64,000 nucleotides of DNA from an uncultured Acidobacteriaceae bacterium (GTDB taxonomy: Bacteria; Acidobacteriota; Terriglobia; Terriglobales; Acidobacteriaceae). The notes beneath the pieces were generated by a model. The model was given only the letters and a program-made list of their open reading frames with translations, was not told the origin of the DNA and did no database searches. The stretch is from assembly GCA_963730135.1 (NCBI GenBank), contig CAVSQQ010000008.1, forward strand, positions 291,500 to 355,499, written 5' to 3'. This document shows, one piece after another, positions 10,408-20,076 of the stretch. Made by a program: the position numbers and the translations under genes. Position 1 is the stretch's first letter. Every line of letters starts with the position of its first letter.

Positions 10408-11091
10408 GTGAGCTTGATTCTGGTAATTGAGGACGATCCGAGGATACAGAAGGCACTCCATCGACAGTTCACGACGGAGGGCTACGACGTGCATGTGACC
10501 GGCGACGGTGCGCAGGGGTTGGCCAGTTGCAAGACCCTGAAACCCGCGGGTGTCGTCCTTGATCTCATGCTTCCAAACATGTCAGGCCTGGAAGTCTGTA
10601 AAGGAATCAAGAGCTGGTCTGCGAGCACCCCGGTAATCGTTCTCAGCGCTGTGTCGGAGGTCGCCGACAAGGTGCTCTTGCTGGAGTTGGGCGCAGACGA
10701 CTACGTGACCAAGCCATTCAGCCCACGGGAGCTGATGGCGCGAGTGCAGGCGGCAATTCGAAGGACGCAAAAGCCAGCCACAAACACTCACGTCAGCTTC
10801 GGAAACGTAACGGCGGACTTCTCCGGTATGGAGGTCTTTAAAGACGGGGTACCCGTGCTGCTCACTGCGCACGAAATCAAACTCCTGCAGTACTTCGTCG
10901 AACACGCAGAACGGGTTATTACACGGGAGGAGCTTCTCAACGATGTCTGGAACTACACCTCCTACCCCACGACTCGAACGGTCGACAACCACATCATGAA
11001 ATTAAGACAAAAGTTAGAAGCCGATCCCGCGAAGCCGGTCTACTTCCGGACCATTCATGGTATCGGTTATAAGTTCGTTCGCGGAAACTGA
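10408..11091 (+). CDS. OmpR-family response regulator
   Basis: IEDD...LDLMLP...ADDYVTKPFS receiver; winged-helix TRTVDNHI...TIHGIGYKF; GTG at 10408 follows AAGAGG (ORF track starts at 10363). Confidence 0.92.
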   Translation: MSLILVIEDDPRIQKALHRQFTTEGYDVHVTGDGAQGLASCKTLKPAGVVLDLMLPNMSGLEVCKGIKSWSASTPVIVLSAVSEVADKVLLLELGADDYVTKPFSPRELMARVQAAIRRTQKPATNTHVSFGNVTADFSGMEVFKDGVPVLLTAHEIKLLQYFVEHAERVITREELLNDVWNYTSYPTTRTVDNHIMKLRQKLEADPAKPVYFRTIHGIGYKFVRGN

Positions 11092-12940
11092 TCATGCCGC
11101 CGCGCTCGGGAGGACGAGACTGATGGACAGGCTGAGGATGCGAACGACTCTGCTGATCCCTCTGCTCATCCTGTCGTTCGGTTGTACCGTGCTCAGTCTT
11201 CTGGTCATCCGCACCATCGTCCAGCAACAGACACAAATCAATCTGGCGTCTGATCTCCAGCATTCCGTAAAAACCTATCGCAACTTCCAGCATCAGCAGC
11301 GGGAGCTGCTCGCGCGCGAATCCGCTCTGCTGGCCGATCTGCCGACTCTGAAATCTTTGATGACCACCTACGATCAACGAACGATCGAAGATGGGGGAGT
11401 CGAGTTCTGGCAGGTAAGCGGTTGCGATTTCTTCGCTCTGCTCGACCAGAATGGTAAGTTGGTCGCCGCCTACAATCGAGGCCCCGCCCTCAATCGAGAC
11501 GGCGTCGCCAAGGGGCTCGAGATAGGCTTGCACAGGCCGGAAGAGCCCGCTCTACTCGCTCTTGAGGATCGAATCTACGAGACGTCGACTCAGCCCCTGT
11601 ACTTTGGACCAAAGGAACACGGTACGCTGCTCGGCTATGTTGCTATTGGCTATGCCATCGACGAGCAGGTTGCGCGGGCCGTCAGCGAGGCTGCAGCGGC
11701 GGAAGTTACTTTTACCGTCGATGGACGGGTGGTCGTTAGCACGCTTAGTCCTGACCTCCTGCGGCAGCTTATCGCCCGCGGCGGCGAACTGTTGCAACTC
11801 CCCACCCAGAACAGAAAGATTGAACTTGGAAATGTAGATTATCTCGCGGCGTCGGAGCGGCTCGCTACATCGGACGGTCAGGAAGACGCAACGCAAGTGC
11901 CTCAACTCGTCGTCCTCAAGTCTTTTGTAGGAGCAACGGAACTCGTCGACCGCGTGAACCGATGGGAGTTGACGCTGGCGCTTCTCGCTCTGGTTGCCGG
12001 TACGGGAATGTTGGTTTCCATCTCTCGCACACTTACGCGTCCCATTGAAACTCTGGTAGGTGGAACTCGCGCACTCGCTCAGGGAAACTTCGATTATCAA
12101 CTGAGTGAGGATGGCGCAGAAGAGATAAGAGAATTAAGCAGAGCCTTTGAACGCATGCGCATCCAACTGCGACGGACTCAACGGGAGCTGCTCGATTCGG
12201 AGAGACTTGCGACCATTGGCAGAATGGCAAGTTCCATTTCGCACGATCTGAGGCACTATCTCTCAGCGATGTATGCCAACGCTGAGTTTATGAGTGACGG
12301 AAACATCTCACAGCCGGAACGCGAAGAGTTGATGCTTGAGGTAAAGACAGCGGTGCAGGGAATGACGGATCTTCTCGAGTCCCTTCTTCTCTTTACCCAG
12401 ACCGGCAGGGCCCTCCATCCCGAATTCGAATCCATTGCGCTCATGATCCAGCGAGCGGTCAGCATGGCGCGTTCTCATCCTGGCAGCCGCGACGTCAAAA
12501 TCACGCTCAACGGTCTTTCCTCACTGGAAGCGTGGGTCGATTCAAAGAAACTGGGCCGCGCTGTTTACAATCTCCTGCTCAACGCCTGCCAGGCCGCAAA
12601 GCGTGGGAAAGGTCCTCCTATGGTCATCTTGAGCCTTTACGAAGACGATCATTCAATCGGTATTAGAATTACCGACAATGGTCCAGGCGTCCCAGCACCT
12701 CTGCGGCAGAAGATATTTCTGCCGTTTGTGAGCGAGGGACGAGAGAGCGGAATAGGACTTGGATTGACCCTTGCTCAACAGATTGCGCAAGAGCATGGCG
12801 GAGTTATCACTCTTAGTGAGACAAGTGAAGGCGAGACCGCCTTCACCATCGACTTGCCCAAAGCATCGTTGGAGGCGCTCGGCGCCGTAGTCGAACGAAA
12901 AATGTCACCGGCGTACGCTCCGGCAAACGGAGAAGGCTGA
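11057..12940 (+). CDS. Membrane sensor histidine kinase (periplasmic sensor, HAMP, HisKA, HATPase)
   Basis: Two TMs, HAMP (TRPIETL...LSRAFERM), H-box HDLRHYL, N-box NLLLNA, DNGPG, GIGLGL; likely start ATG 11123. Confidence 0.9.
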   Translation: MVSVISSFAETDHAAALGRTRLMDRLRMRTTLLIPLLILSFGCTVLSLLVIRTIVQQQTQINLASDLQHSVKTYRNFQHQQRELLARESALLADLPTLKSLMTTYDQRTIEDGGVEFWQVSGCDFFALLDQNGKLVAAYNRGPALNRDGVAKGLEIGLHRPEEPALLALEDRIYETSTQPLYFGPKEHGTLLGYVAIGYAIDEQVARAVSEAAAAEVTFTVDGRVVVSTLSPDLLRQLIARGGELLQLPTQNRKIELGNVDYLAASERLATSDGQEDATQVPQLVVLKSFVGATELVDRVNRWELTLALLALVAGTGMLVSISRTLTRPIETLVGGTRALAQGNFDYQLSEDGAEEIRELSRAFERMRIQLRRTQRELLDSERLATIGRMASSISHDLRHYLSAMYANAEFMSDGNISQPEREELMLEVKTAVQGMTDLLESLLLFTQTGRALHPEFESIALMIQRAVSMARSHPGSRDVKITLNGLSSLEAWVDSKKLGRAVYNLLLNACQAAKRGKGPPMVILSLYEDDHSIGIRITDNGPGVPAPLRQKIFLPFVSEGRESGIGLGLTLAQQIAQEHGGVITLSETSEGETAFTIDLPKASLEALGAVVERKMSPAYAPANGEG

Positions 12941-12943
12941 AGT

Positions 12944-14500
12944 ATGAGAAACATACGCTGCGAAGTCCTCATCTGTTTGACCTTGACCGCGGTGCAAGCT
13001 CCTCTGCACGCTCAGTCGCCGGGATCAAGCTCCACCTCTCCTTCTCCGTCTTCGGTGAGTGACGAACGCTCAGCCGAGCTGATGCAAAAGATGGAGGCGA
13101 TCTCTTCCGCTCTTGCCGTAACCCATCAACAACTCGAGCAGTCGCAGCGAGAGATGGAGCAACTACGGGAAGAGCTCGCGGACCTGAAGAAACAGCTTGC
13201 TGCGGCTCAGCCTGGCACAACCGGGACGCCCAACCCTGACAGCACAGCGGATACTGCGAAGGCGACCGCCGCAACCATCGAAGGTCTCCAGGAGCAGCAA
13301 CAGACCATTGAGGCTCAGGTAAAAGTCCACGACCAGACAAAGCTGGAAAGTGCCTCAAAGTACCCGCTCCATGTAACAGGCCTCGTACTGTTCAATGCTT
13401 TTGTTAATAGGGGGAACGTCGATAACGTCGACCTACCGGAAGCCGCCCTGGCCAATCAAAATAACACTACCGGCAACGGTAGCGCCGGCGCCACCTTCCG
13501 TCAGACCATTCTCGGGCTGCAAGGATATGGTCCTAGAATCGGGGGTGCGCGAACCTCCGCAAACGTTGACCTGGATTTCTTCGGAGGCCTGGCCTATAGC
13601 AGCTATGCAACTGCGGCCGGAACGGTTCGCATGCGCACCGCGAGCATCAACTTCGATTGGACCTACAATTCGATTCAGGCGGGATTTGTGATTCCACTCA
13701 TTTCTCCTATATCCCCCACATCCTATGCAATGATTGCCGAACCCGCCCTGGCCGGAGCAGGGAATCTCTGGACATGGGCGCCTCAGCTTCGCTACTCCCA
13801 TCAGATTCCGCTTCAGTCCGGACGGCGCATGCAGATTGAATTGGGACTTTGGGATCCGCCGACGGCAGGTTACAGCACCAACACACTTTTTCGCATTCCA
13901 AGTCCGGGCGAATCGTCAAAGCAGCCGGGATATGAATCGCGCATATCCTATGGCAACTTCGCGGAGGAGCATCCGTTCCAGGTCGGGATCAGCGGATACT
14001 ACAGCCGGCAGAGTTATCCGAACAACCAAAGTGTGGACTCCTGGGCCGCTGCGACCGACTGGAGAGTCCCGTTTGGCAATCGCTTTGAGGTTAGTGGCGA
14101 AGGATATCGTGGCCGGGCACTCGGTGGTTTGGGCGGCGGCGTCTATAAGGACGCTTTATTTGGCGTCTATTCCTCCACCGGTCAGAACGCCTATCGCGGC
14201 CTCAACGCCATCGGCGGATGGACCCAGGTCAAAGCTCGCTTCAGCCGGGCGGTAGAAGCAAACGCCAGCATCGGACTGGATAATGGTTTTGCCGGCGACT
14301 TTCATGAGTTCACATTTCCCCCTACCGTGACCGCGACGCAGCTTCGTGCGCGCAACGAGATGGCCTTTGCTAACGTGGTGTTCCGGCCCAAGACGTACAT
14401 CATCCTTTCTCCGGAATACCGCAGAATCTGGACCTGGCCGATCTATGGCACAGTCAGTACGGCAGACATCTTCACCCTTTCCGCAGGATACCAATTCTAG
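12944..14500 (+). CDS. Outer-membrane beta-barrel/porin with N-terminal coiled coil (DcaP-like)
   Basis: Signal peptide, coiled coil, amphipathic beta-strands, terminal SAGYQF. Confidence 0.7.
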   Translation: MRNIRCEVLICLTLTAVQAPLHAQSPGSSSTSPSPSSVSDERSAELMQKMEAISSALAVTHQQLEQSQREMEQLREELADLKKQLAAAQPGTTGTPNPDSTADTAKATAATIEGLQEQQQTIEAQVKVHDQTKLESASKYPLHVTGLVLFNAFVNRGNVDNVDLPEAALANQNNTTGNGSAGATFRQTILGLQGYGPRIGGARTSANVDLDFFGGLAYSSYATAAGTVRMRTASINFDWTYNSIQAGFVIPLISPISPTSYAMIAEPALAGAGNLWTWAPQLRYSHQIPLQSGRRMQIELGLWDPPTAGYSTNTLFRIPSPGESSKQPGYESRISYGNFAEEHPFQVGISGYYSRQSYPNNQSVDSWAAATDWRVPFGNRFEVSGEGYRGRALGGLGGGVYKDALFGVYSSTGQNAYRGLNAIGGWTQVKARFSRAVEANASIGLDNGFAGDFHEFTFPPTVTATQLRARNEMAFANVVFRPKTYIILSPEYRRIWTWPIYGTVSTADIFTLSAGYQF

Positions 14501-14511
14501 GAGGCAGGACA

Positions 14512-15252
14512 GTGCGCAGCTTCGAACGCTGGATGATCTTCGGATGCTGGACCCTTCTCGTTGGCCTCGTCGTCCAGCCACTCGAGGGGCAGGGAGTTGA
14601 GGTCTCCGGAAAAATCTTGACACTGGCACAATCGCAGTCTGTTGGTAAGAAAGCCAAGCGGCCTCCCAGCGTGGCAAATGTTGTCGTGTGGCTATCGCCG
14701 CTCAAACAAAGCGCCGCAACGCCTTTGGTCCCGGCTCATCAGCCAATTTACAGGCTCGTCCAGAAAAACAAGATGTTTACTCCACATCTGTTGGTCGTAC
14801 CAACTGGCAGTCAAGTTGAGTTCCCCAACCAGGACCCCTTCTTTCACAATGTATTCTCGCTCTTCAATGGAAAGCGGTTCGACCTCGGCCTGTATGAATC
14901 GGGTACCAGCCGATCGGTTCGGTTTGATCGCGAAGGTGTTTCTTATATCTTCTGCAATATTCACCCGGAGATGGGGGCGGTCGTTCTCGCTCTCAATACC
15001 CCCTATTACGGAATCTCATCGGAGAACGGACTTATCGTTCTCCGCAATGTTCCGCCGGGAAGTTACCGGCTGAATGTGTGGAGCGAGAATGGTCAACTGG
15101 TGGACCAGGGGGAATCCCACAGAATCGTTCAGGTCTCAATGGAGCCCGTACATCTGGGCGACATTACACTTCAACCCACCACCGATTCGCTGACAAATCA
15201 CAAAAACTTGTTTGGCGAGGACTATCGACCGGCTCGCGATCCGAAATATTAG
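14512..15252 (+). CDS. Secreted cupredoxin (amicyanin-like type-1 copper site) with flanking beta-sandwich domain
   Basis: Signal peptide; FHNVFS and CNIHPEM (His...C-x2-H-x2-M). Confidence 0.8.
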   Translation: MRSFERWMIFGCWTLLVGLVVQPLEGQGVEVSGKILTLAQSQSVGKKAKRPPSVANVVVWLSPLKQSAATPLVPAHQPIYRLVQKNKMFTPHLLVVPTGSQVEFPNQDPFFHNVFSLFNGKRFDLGLYESGTSRSVRFDREGVSYIFCNIHPEMGAVVLALNTPYYGISSENGLIVLRNVPPGSYRLNVWSENGQLVDQGESHRIVQVSMEPVHLGDITLQPTTDSLTNHKNLFGEDYRPARDPKY

Positions 15253-15556
15253 ATACGAACTCATCCCGGATTAGCAATTGTTGGCCGAAAACTTATTCTT
15301 CCTGAGTTTCTGCCCCGTCAAAACCTATGCCTTTCCCTAGTTGCTAACCGGCGACTGCTCGTGTTTATGCTGATTCGTGCGACAAGGATCGCGCGGATTA
15401 TTGAGCGGACTAGCGAAAAAAATCCGAGATCAGACTAGTAAATCTCGTAGTATGCCTCGCTCATATCCAATGCTACGTTGAAAACATGGCACGGCATCAG
15501 GGGCTCGGGACCATCGTTAGAGATGTCTATTCGAAAGACAGGACACTTCATCCATC

Positions 15557-16585
15557 ATGTCTTCGCATCGATCAAATCCGCGCGGCAATCTGCGAAGAGC
15601 CCGCTGCGTTAGCTGTCAAGTTCTGTATCTCCTCCTATTGCCTCTGGTATTCATTGCTGGTGCCCGCATCGCCCGCGGCGACGTTGCCCTTCTGGTGGAA
15701 GAGCCCTACGGATTTTTTGGCAGCATAAATCCCACAGGCCACTCCGCGATCTATCTCAATCGAGTTTGCGCAGAATCGCCCACAGTCTTGCGACGTTGTC
15801 TGCCCGGGGAAACCGGCGTTGTCATCAGCCGGTACTCTCACATTCACAAACTGGATTGGATTGCAATTCCCTTGATGCCGTACCTTTACGCTGTCGAGCG
15901 TTCAGAGGATGTACCGCAGTGGGCTGAGCCCGGCGCCGTGGCGCAGATGCAACAGGAATATGCCGATGCTCACCTCGCGTCTCTCGTCTCTGCGACCAAG
16001 GGGAACGACATGAAGAATGTATGGCCTCAATTACTCGGGGTGGCCTACATCCGAAAAATATATAGTTTCGAAATCGCCACAAGCGATGAGCAGGACGATC
16101 TTTTGATCGCGGAATACAACGGCAAAGCTAACCGAAGCCACTTCAATCTATTCACAAGCAACTGCGCCGACTTCTCCAGGCGTGTACTCGACTTTTATTA
16201 TCCCCATTCCGTGCGTCGAAGCTTCACCGCGGATATCGCGATCACAACCCCAAAGCAAATTGCTAAATCTCTCGTAAGCTACGCTCATCGGCATGATCAA
16301 CTCCAATTGAGCGAAGTTGTAATCCCGCAGATACCCGGTACTATTCCTCGCAGCCACATGCCGCGCGGCGTCGTGGAATCCCTTCTCAAGACCAAGAAAT
16401 ATGCAGTTCCCATCGCGGTTCTCCACCCCTATTTTCTAGCTGGTATTGCCATCACTTATTTGACAAATGGCCGCTTCGAGCTCGCCAATATTGGGCCTGC
16501 CATTCCGGTGTCCGAGCAGGAGCAGACACTTGTAAGCGGCAAGCCGGATGTCGCTGTTACAGCCACAGAATCTTCGTCACCATAG
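15557..16585 (+). CDS. Exported hypothetical protein, possible permuted papain-like (DUF4105/Lnb-like) fold
   Basis: N-terminal TM/signal; TGHSAIYL and FNLFTSNCADF motifs. Confidence 0.5.
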   Translation: MSSHRSNPRGNLRRARCVSCQVLYLLLLPLVFIAGARIARGDVALLVEEPYGFFGSINPTGHSAIYLNRVCAESPTVLRRCLPGETGVVISRYSHIHKLDWIAIPLMPYLYAVERSEDVPQWAEPGAVAQMQQEYADAHLASLVSATKGNDMKNVWPQLLGVAYIRKIYSFEIATSDEQDDLLIAEYNGKANRSHFNLFTSNCADFSRRVLDFYYPHSVRRSFTADIAITTPKQIAKSLVSYAHRHDQLQLSEVVIPQIPGTIPRSHMPRGVVESLLKTKKYAVPIAVLHPYFLAGIAITYLTNGRFELANIGPAIPVSEQEQTLVSGKPDVAVTATESSSP

Positions 16586-16626
16586 ACAAAACGCTGCTGC
16601 TTTTTCTTCGTCGGAGGCCCCGCAGG

Positions 16627-17325
16627 TTGCAGTCGACCAGTATGCCGACCGATCGTTTAGCTGCTGAAAATGTGCCTGGGAGTTGTCCTATGGAGCGCCC
16701 GCGAATTCTGATTGCAGATGATGCTTTGGTTGCCGCCGCCTTCACAAGCCTGGTTGAACCCGAATATGAAGTTGTTCGAGTTGTCACCGATGTAAAGAAC
16801 CTGATCTCCGCCGCGGAGGAGGTTAAGCCTGACGTTATCCTGCTGGATCTGAATATGTCGTTGCTGATCGAACCGGACGCCGGACAGCAGCTCAAAAAGC
16901 GTTTACCGGGAACCATGATCATTCTGCTCGCAATCGATGACGATCGCGATGTTGCGTCGAAAGCGCTCCGCCAATGGTCCTCCGGCTATCTATTAAAACA
17001 GTCCGCCGGCGCCGAACTACAACGAGCCATCAGAGAAGTTTTGAACGGGCACTCGTACGTACCGTCCAACATCGTGCAAAAAGTGATCGACGAGTTCATC
17101 CGCACTCCCCAGCGAAGCCGAACGAAGGAACTTACCAAGCGTCAACGTCAGGTGTTACAGCTTTTGGCCGAGGGCCACTCGATGAAAGAGGCGGCCGAGG
17201 TCCTCAGTATTGCAGTGCGCACAATCGCCTTTCACAAATATCGCATCATGCAGGATTTTGGTCTGAAAACAAATTCAGACCTCGTGCGCTTTGCCATGCG
17301 GGAACATCTGATTCCAGATACCTGA
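16627..17325 (+). CDS. NarL/LuxR-family response regulator
   Basis: IADD...LLDLNM receiver; LTKRQRQVLQLLAEGHSMKEAA HTH; likely start ATG 16690. Confidence 0.9.
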   Translation: MQSTSMPTDRLAAENVPGSCPMERPRILIADDALVAAAFTSLVEPEYEVVRVVTDVKNLISAAEEVKPDVILLDLNMSLLIEPDAGQQLKKRLPGTMIILLAIDDDRDVASKALRQWSSGYLLKQSAGAELQRAIREVLNGHSYVPSNIVQKVIDEFIRTPQRSRTKELTKRQRQVLQLLAEGHSMKEAAEVLSIAVRTIAFHKYRIMQDFGLKTNSDLVRFAMREHLIPDT

Positions 17326-17352
17326 TCGCCAGTGCCGCATTCGCCAACGATC

Positions 17353-18189
17353 TCAGAACGAAGTCTCAAGTCCGACAATTGCGCCCTTCTGAACCAGGCG
17401 CACGCCCAGTCGATCGTGGGTATTGTTGACCACCAGGTGCGATCCCAACTGGTAGCCGGCATTTAAGGCGAAGTGTTTTGACAAATTGACCCCGAGTCTC
17501 CCAAACGTCGAGATGAAATTTCCATACCCAAAGAGGTACATCCCCATTACGTTTCCTTCAACGAACAGTCTCGGGGAGTCAGTGAGATAAAGACGAAAAT
17601 CCGGCCCGGCCACAGGAATCGGCGCAAGCAGCGAGCTACTAGCCGACACCGCATTGTGGTGGGTACCGTCGCCCGTTATTTGCGCCGCAGCGCTGATCTT
17701 CGCCGTTGTGTCAAACAATGCCATCTGCAATCCAAGGCCGAGATGGCCTCGCTTCCGCCGGATAAAGTCGTACTGGTACCCGGGAGCGACAACCAGAGTA
17801 TTGAGCGAACTGCTGGTCGCCAGTCCGGCCGTAAACGTCTGTCCTTCAAAGGTAAATGTTCGGCTCAAAACCGTCTGCCGCGAAGTATCCATCGGAATGA
17901 TTGTGATGTAGAGGTGGTTTTTCCTTGTAAATTTCCAGTCCACCTTTCCGGAGATAGTGGAGTAGCTGGCGAAGCCGAGATCCTTTTGTAAGTCGACGGA
18001 CCCGCTGTCTGATTCACCATGAATACTTCCCGTAGGGTCCGAGTAGAACCAGGCCGCATCGATACGCAACTTGTACGTATCAAAATCTTCATGCTCCACC
18101 ACTTGTGCAAATGACACTGCGGTGAAACCAAAAAGCGCCATTCCCATCAACGCCATATTCCACAGTGTGTTCCGCCCTTGGCAGTTCAT
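17353..18189 (-). CDS. Outer-membrane beta-barrel protein
   Basis: Signal peptide ending SFA-Q, alternating beta-strands, C-terminal GLETSF. Confidence 0.7.
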   Translation of the reverse strand: MNCQGRNTLWNMALMGMALFGFTAVSFAQVVEHEDFDTYKLRIDAAWFYSDPTGSIHGESDSGSVDLQKDLGFASYSTISGKVDWKFTRKNHLYITIIPMDTSRQTVLSRTFTFEGQTFTAGLATSSSLNTLVVAPGYQYDFIRRKRGHLGLGLQMALFDTTAKISAAAQITGDGTHHNAVSASSSLLAPIPVAGPDFRLYLTDSPRLFVEGNVMGMYLFGYGNFISTFGRLGVNLSKHFALNAGYQLGSHLVVNNTHDRLGVRLVQKGAIVGLETSF

Positions 18190-18535
18190 TGGTTTCTCCG
18201 TTGTTAGGTAAATTAATAGAGCTTGTGTCTACCGAAAAGCCTAGGTACCATCGCCTGCTGTCGCAACTGTCTCCTGCGACAGGTGTTTCACTCGATGCAT
18301 GATATTGGCGTGATGTGCTTTAGCCCTGCTATTCGACAGAGAAAGGATTAGAAGTTTTGCTAGTTGTCTGGCCTCTATTGGGGGGCGACAATTTTCTAAC
18401 AAGTGGCTTCAAAAATACTTCACCAGCACCACTGGACACCTTCGCGACCGGGGTGTTCGTCATATCGGTGTCTTATGCAGCACAACCTGGTCCCACATCG
18501 AAATTCCGGCGAATACCAGCTGTGAAACAAAGATC

Positions 18536-19252
18536 TTGGCCCCGCGTGCCATCTCACGCGATGACCTAAAAATGCCCGGCGTTCCCCAGCGCCCGCATGA
18601 TGTGGAGGCAAGTATGGAACGAATACGCATTTTATTGGCTGACGATCACTGGATGATGTGCGGCGGCCTCACCAAGATGCTAGAGCCCCTTTACGATGTC
18701 GTAGGCTGCGTCGGAGACGGTCTGGAATTGCTGAGAGTTGCCAGGGAACTTCGACCCGACGTTATCCTTCTCGATCTGGCGATGCCTTTGTTGAATGGGT
18801 TGGACGCATCCCGCCAACTGAGGAAATGCCTCCCCAATACAAAGCTCATTGTTCTCACCATGAACTCCGACTCCGACATTGCAGCGGAAGCATTGCGCGC
18901 CGGCGCCTCTGCCTACCTGTTGAAAACTTCGCAGACCACCGAGCTGTTACAGGCGGTTCGCAACGTTCTAAACGGGCTCACCTATGTAACCCCGCAGATC
19001 AAACAGGCCATCGAGAGGGACTTCATCCGCGATCCCAACACCCGTTACCAGAAGCAACTCACAGGCCGTCAGCGTGAAGTTCTGCAAATGCTCGCCGAGG
19101 GGCGATCCATGAAGGAAATTGCCTATTTGCTGCATATAACCCACCGCACGGTCCGGTTTCACAAGGCCGGAATCATGGAGGAATTGAGCATCTCCACAAA
19201 CTCGGGGCTCGTCCAGTATGCGATGAAGCACGGGATCATCTCAGCGATGTGA
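18536..19252 (+). CDS. NarL/LuxR-family response regulator
   Basis: LADDH...LDLAMP...LTM...YLLK; LTGRQREVLQMLAEGRSMKEIA; likely start ATG 18614. Confidence 0.92.
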   Translation: MAPRAISRDDLKMPGVPQRPHDVEASMERIRILLADDHWMMCGGLTKMLEPLYDVVGCVGDGLELLRVARELRPDVILLDLAMPLLNGLDASRQLRKCLPNTKLIVLTMNSDSDIAAEALRAGASAYLLKTSQTTELLQAVRNVLNGLTYVTPQIKQAIERDFIRDPNTRYQKQLTGRQREVLQMLAEGRSMKEIAYLLHITHRTVRFHKAGIMEELSISTNSGLVQYAMKHGIISAM

Positions 19253-19320
19253 GTTATCGATTTGAGCCCCGCAATTCACGGAAGTCCTCTCAGACGCGCC
19301 TTTGAGGAATCCTGTCGCAA

Positions 19321-19803
19321 GTGTCAGTAGCCACTGCACCGGGGAAAGCGAACAATCTCAATCTAATGTCCGGGTCTGGCGGTTTACACAGGAACAGGTG
19401 CGCCGTGGCTAAGATTCGAGTGGTGCTCGCCGATGATCATCCAGAGATGGTTGCCAACGTGCGCCGGACACTCGAAGATGAGTTTGACGTTATCGACCTG
19501 GTAGAAGACGGCAATCAGGCTGTCGACGCGGTGCTGATGCTCAACGCGGATGTGCTCGTCATCGATATTTCCATGCCCGTTCTCGACGGGCTACAGGCCG
19601 CGATCCGAATCCGTAACGCAAACTGCGGAGCCAAAATCATATTTCTAACCATGCACGAAGACAGCGACTACATAACCTCTGCGCTTTCGACAGGAGCCAA
19701 CGGTTACGTCACCAAAGCTCGCCTCAACATCGATCTTGTGCATGCAATCCACGAAGCAATGCTCGGAAACATCTTCGTCTCCCCGCCAAGACTGACGCCC
19801 TGA
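19321..19803 (+). CDS. Single-domain response regulator (receiver only)
   Basis: LADDH, IDISMP, LTMH, YVTK; no output domain; likely start GTG 19405. Confidence 0.85.
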   Translation: MSVATAPGKANNLNLMSGSGGLHRNRCAVAKIRVVLADDHPEMVANVRRTLEDEFDVIDLVEDGNQAVDAVLMLNADVLVIDISMPVLDGLQAAIRIRNANCGAKIIFLTMHEDSDYITSALSTGANGYVTKARLNIDLVHAIHEAMLGNIFVSPPRLTP

Positions 19804-20076
19804 ACCTGCCGAAGCAGGAAGACGGGGATTCGTCTTCATCGCCTTTGGCGCTGTCTGGTGTCGGTTTCTAAAGATAGATACCGAATCCAGGGTTGCGACT
19901 CAAATTACCCGCGAAAAATAGAGCCGCAAACGACGGCAAACGGTGGTATTCCACGGCAAACGGGCAATCCCTCGTATCGCTGTTTGACCATACCCGCGTG
20001 CATGTCCGATGGTGTCAGCACGTCACATTGGGGCCATCTTTTGTACCGAAGCTGAAAACGAAAAGCGCCAGCCTCA

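Noticed and set aside
15487-15503. Sigma54 promoter (TGGCACG)
   Set aside because: No TTGC at the -12 position
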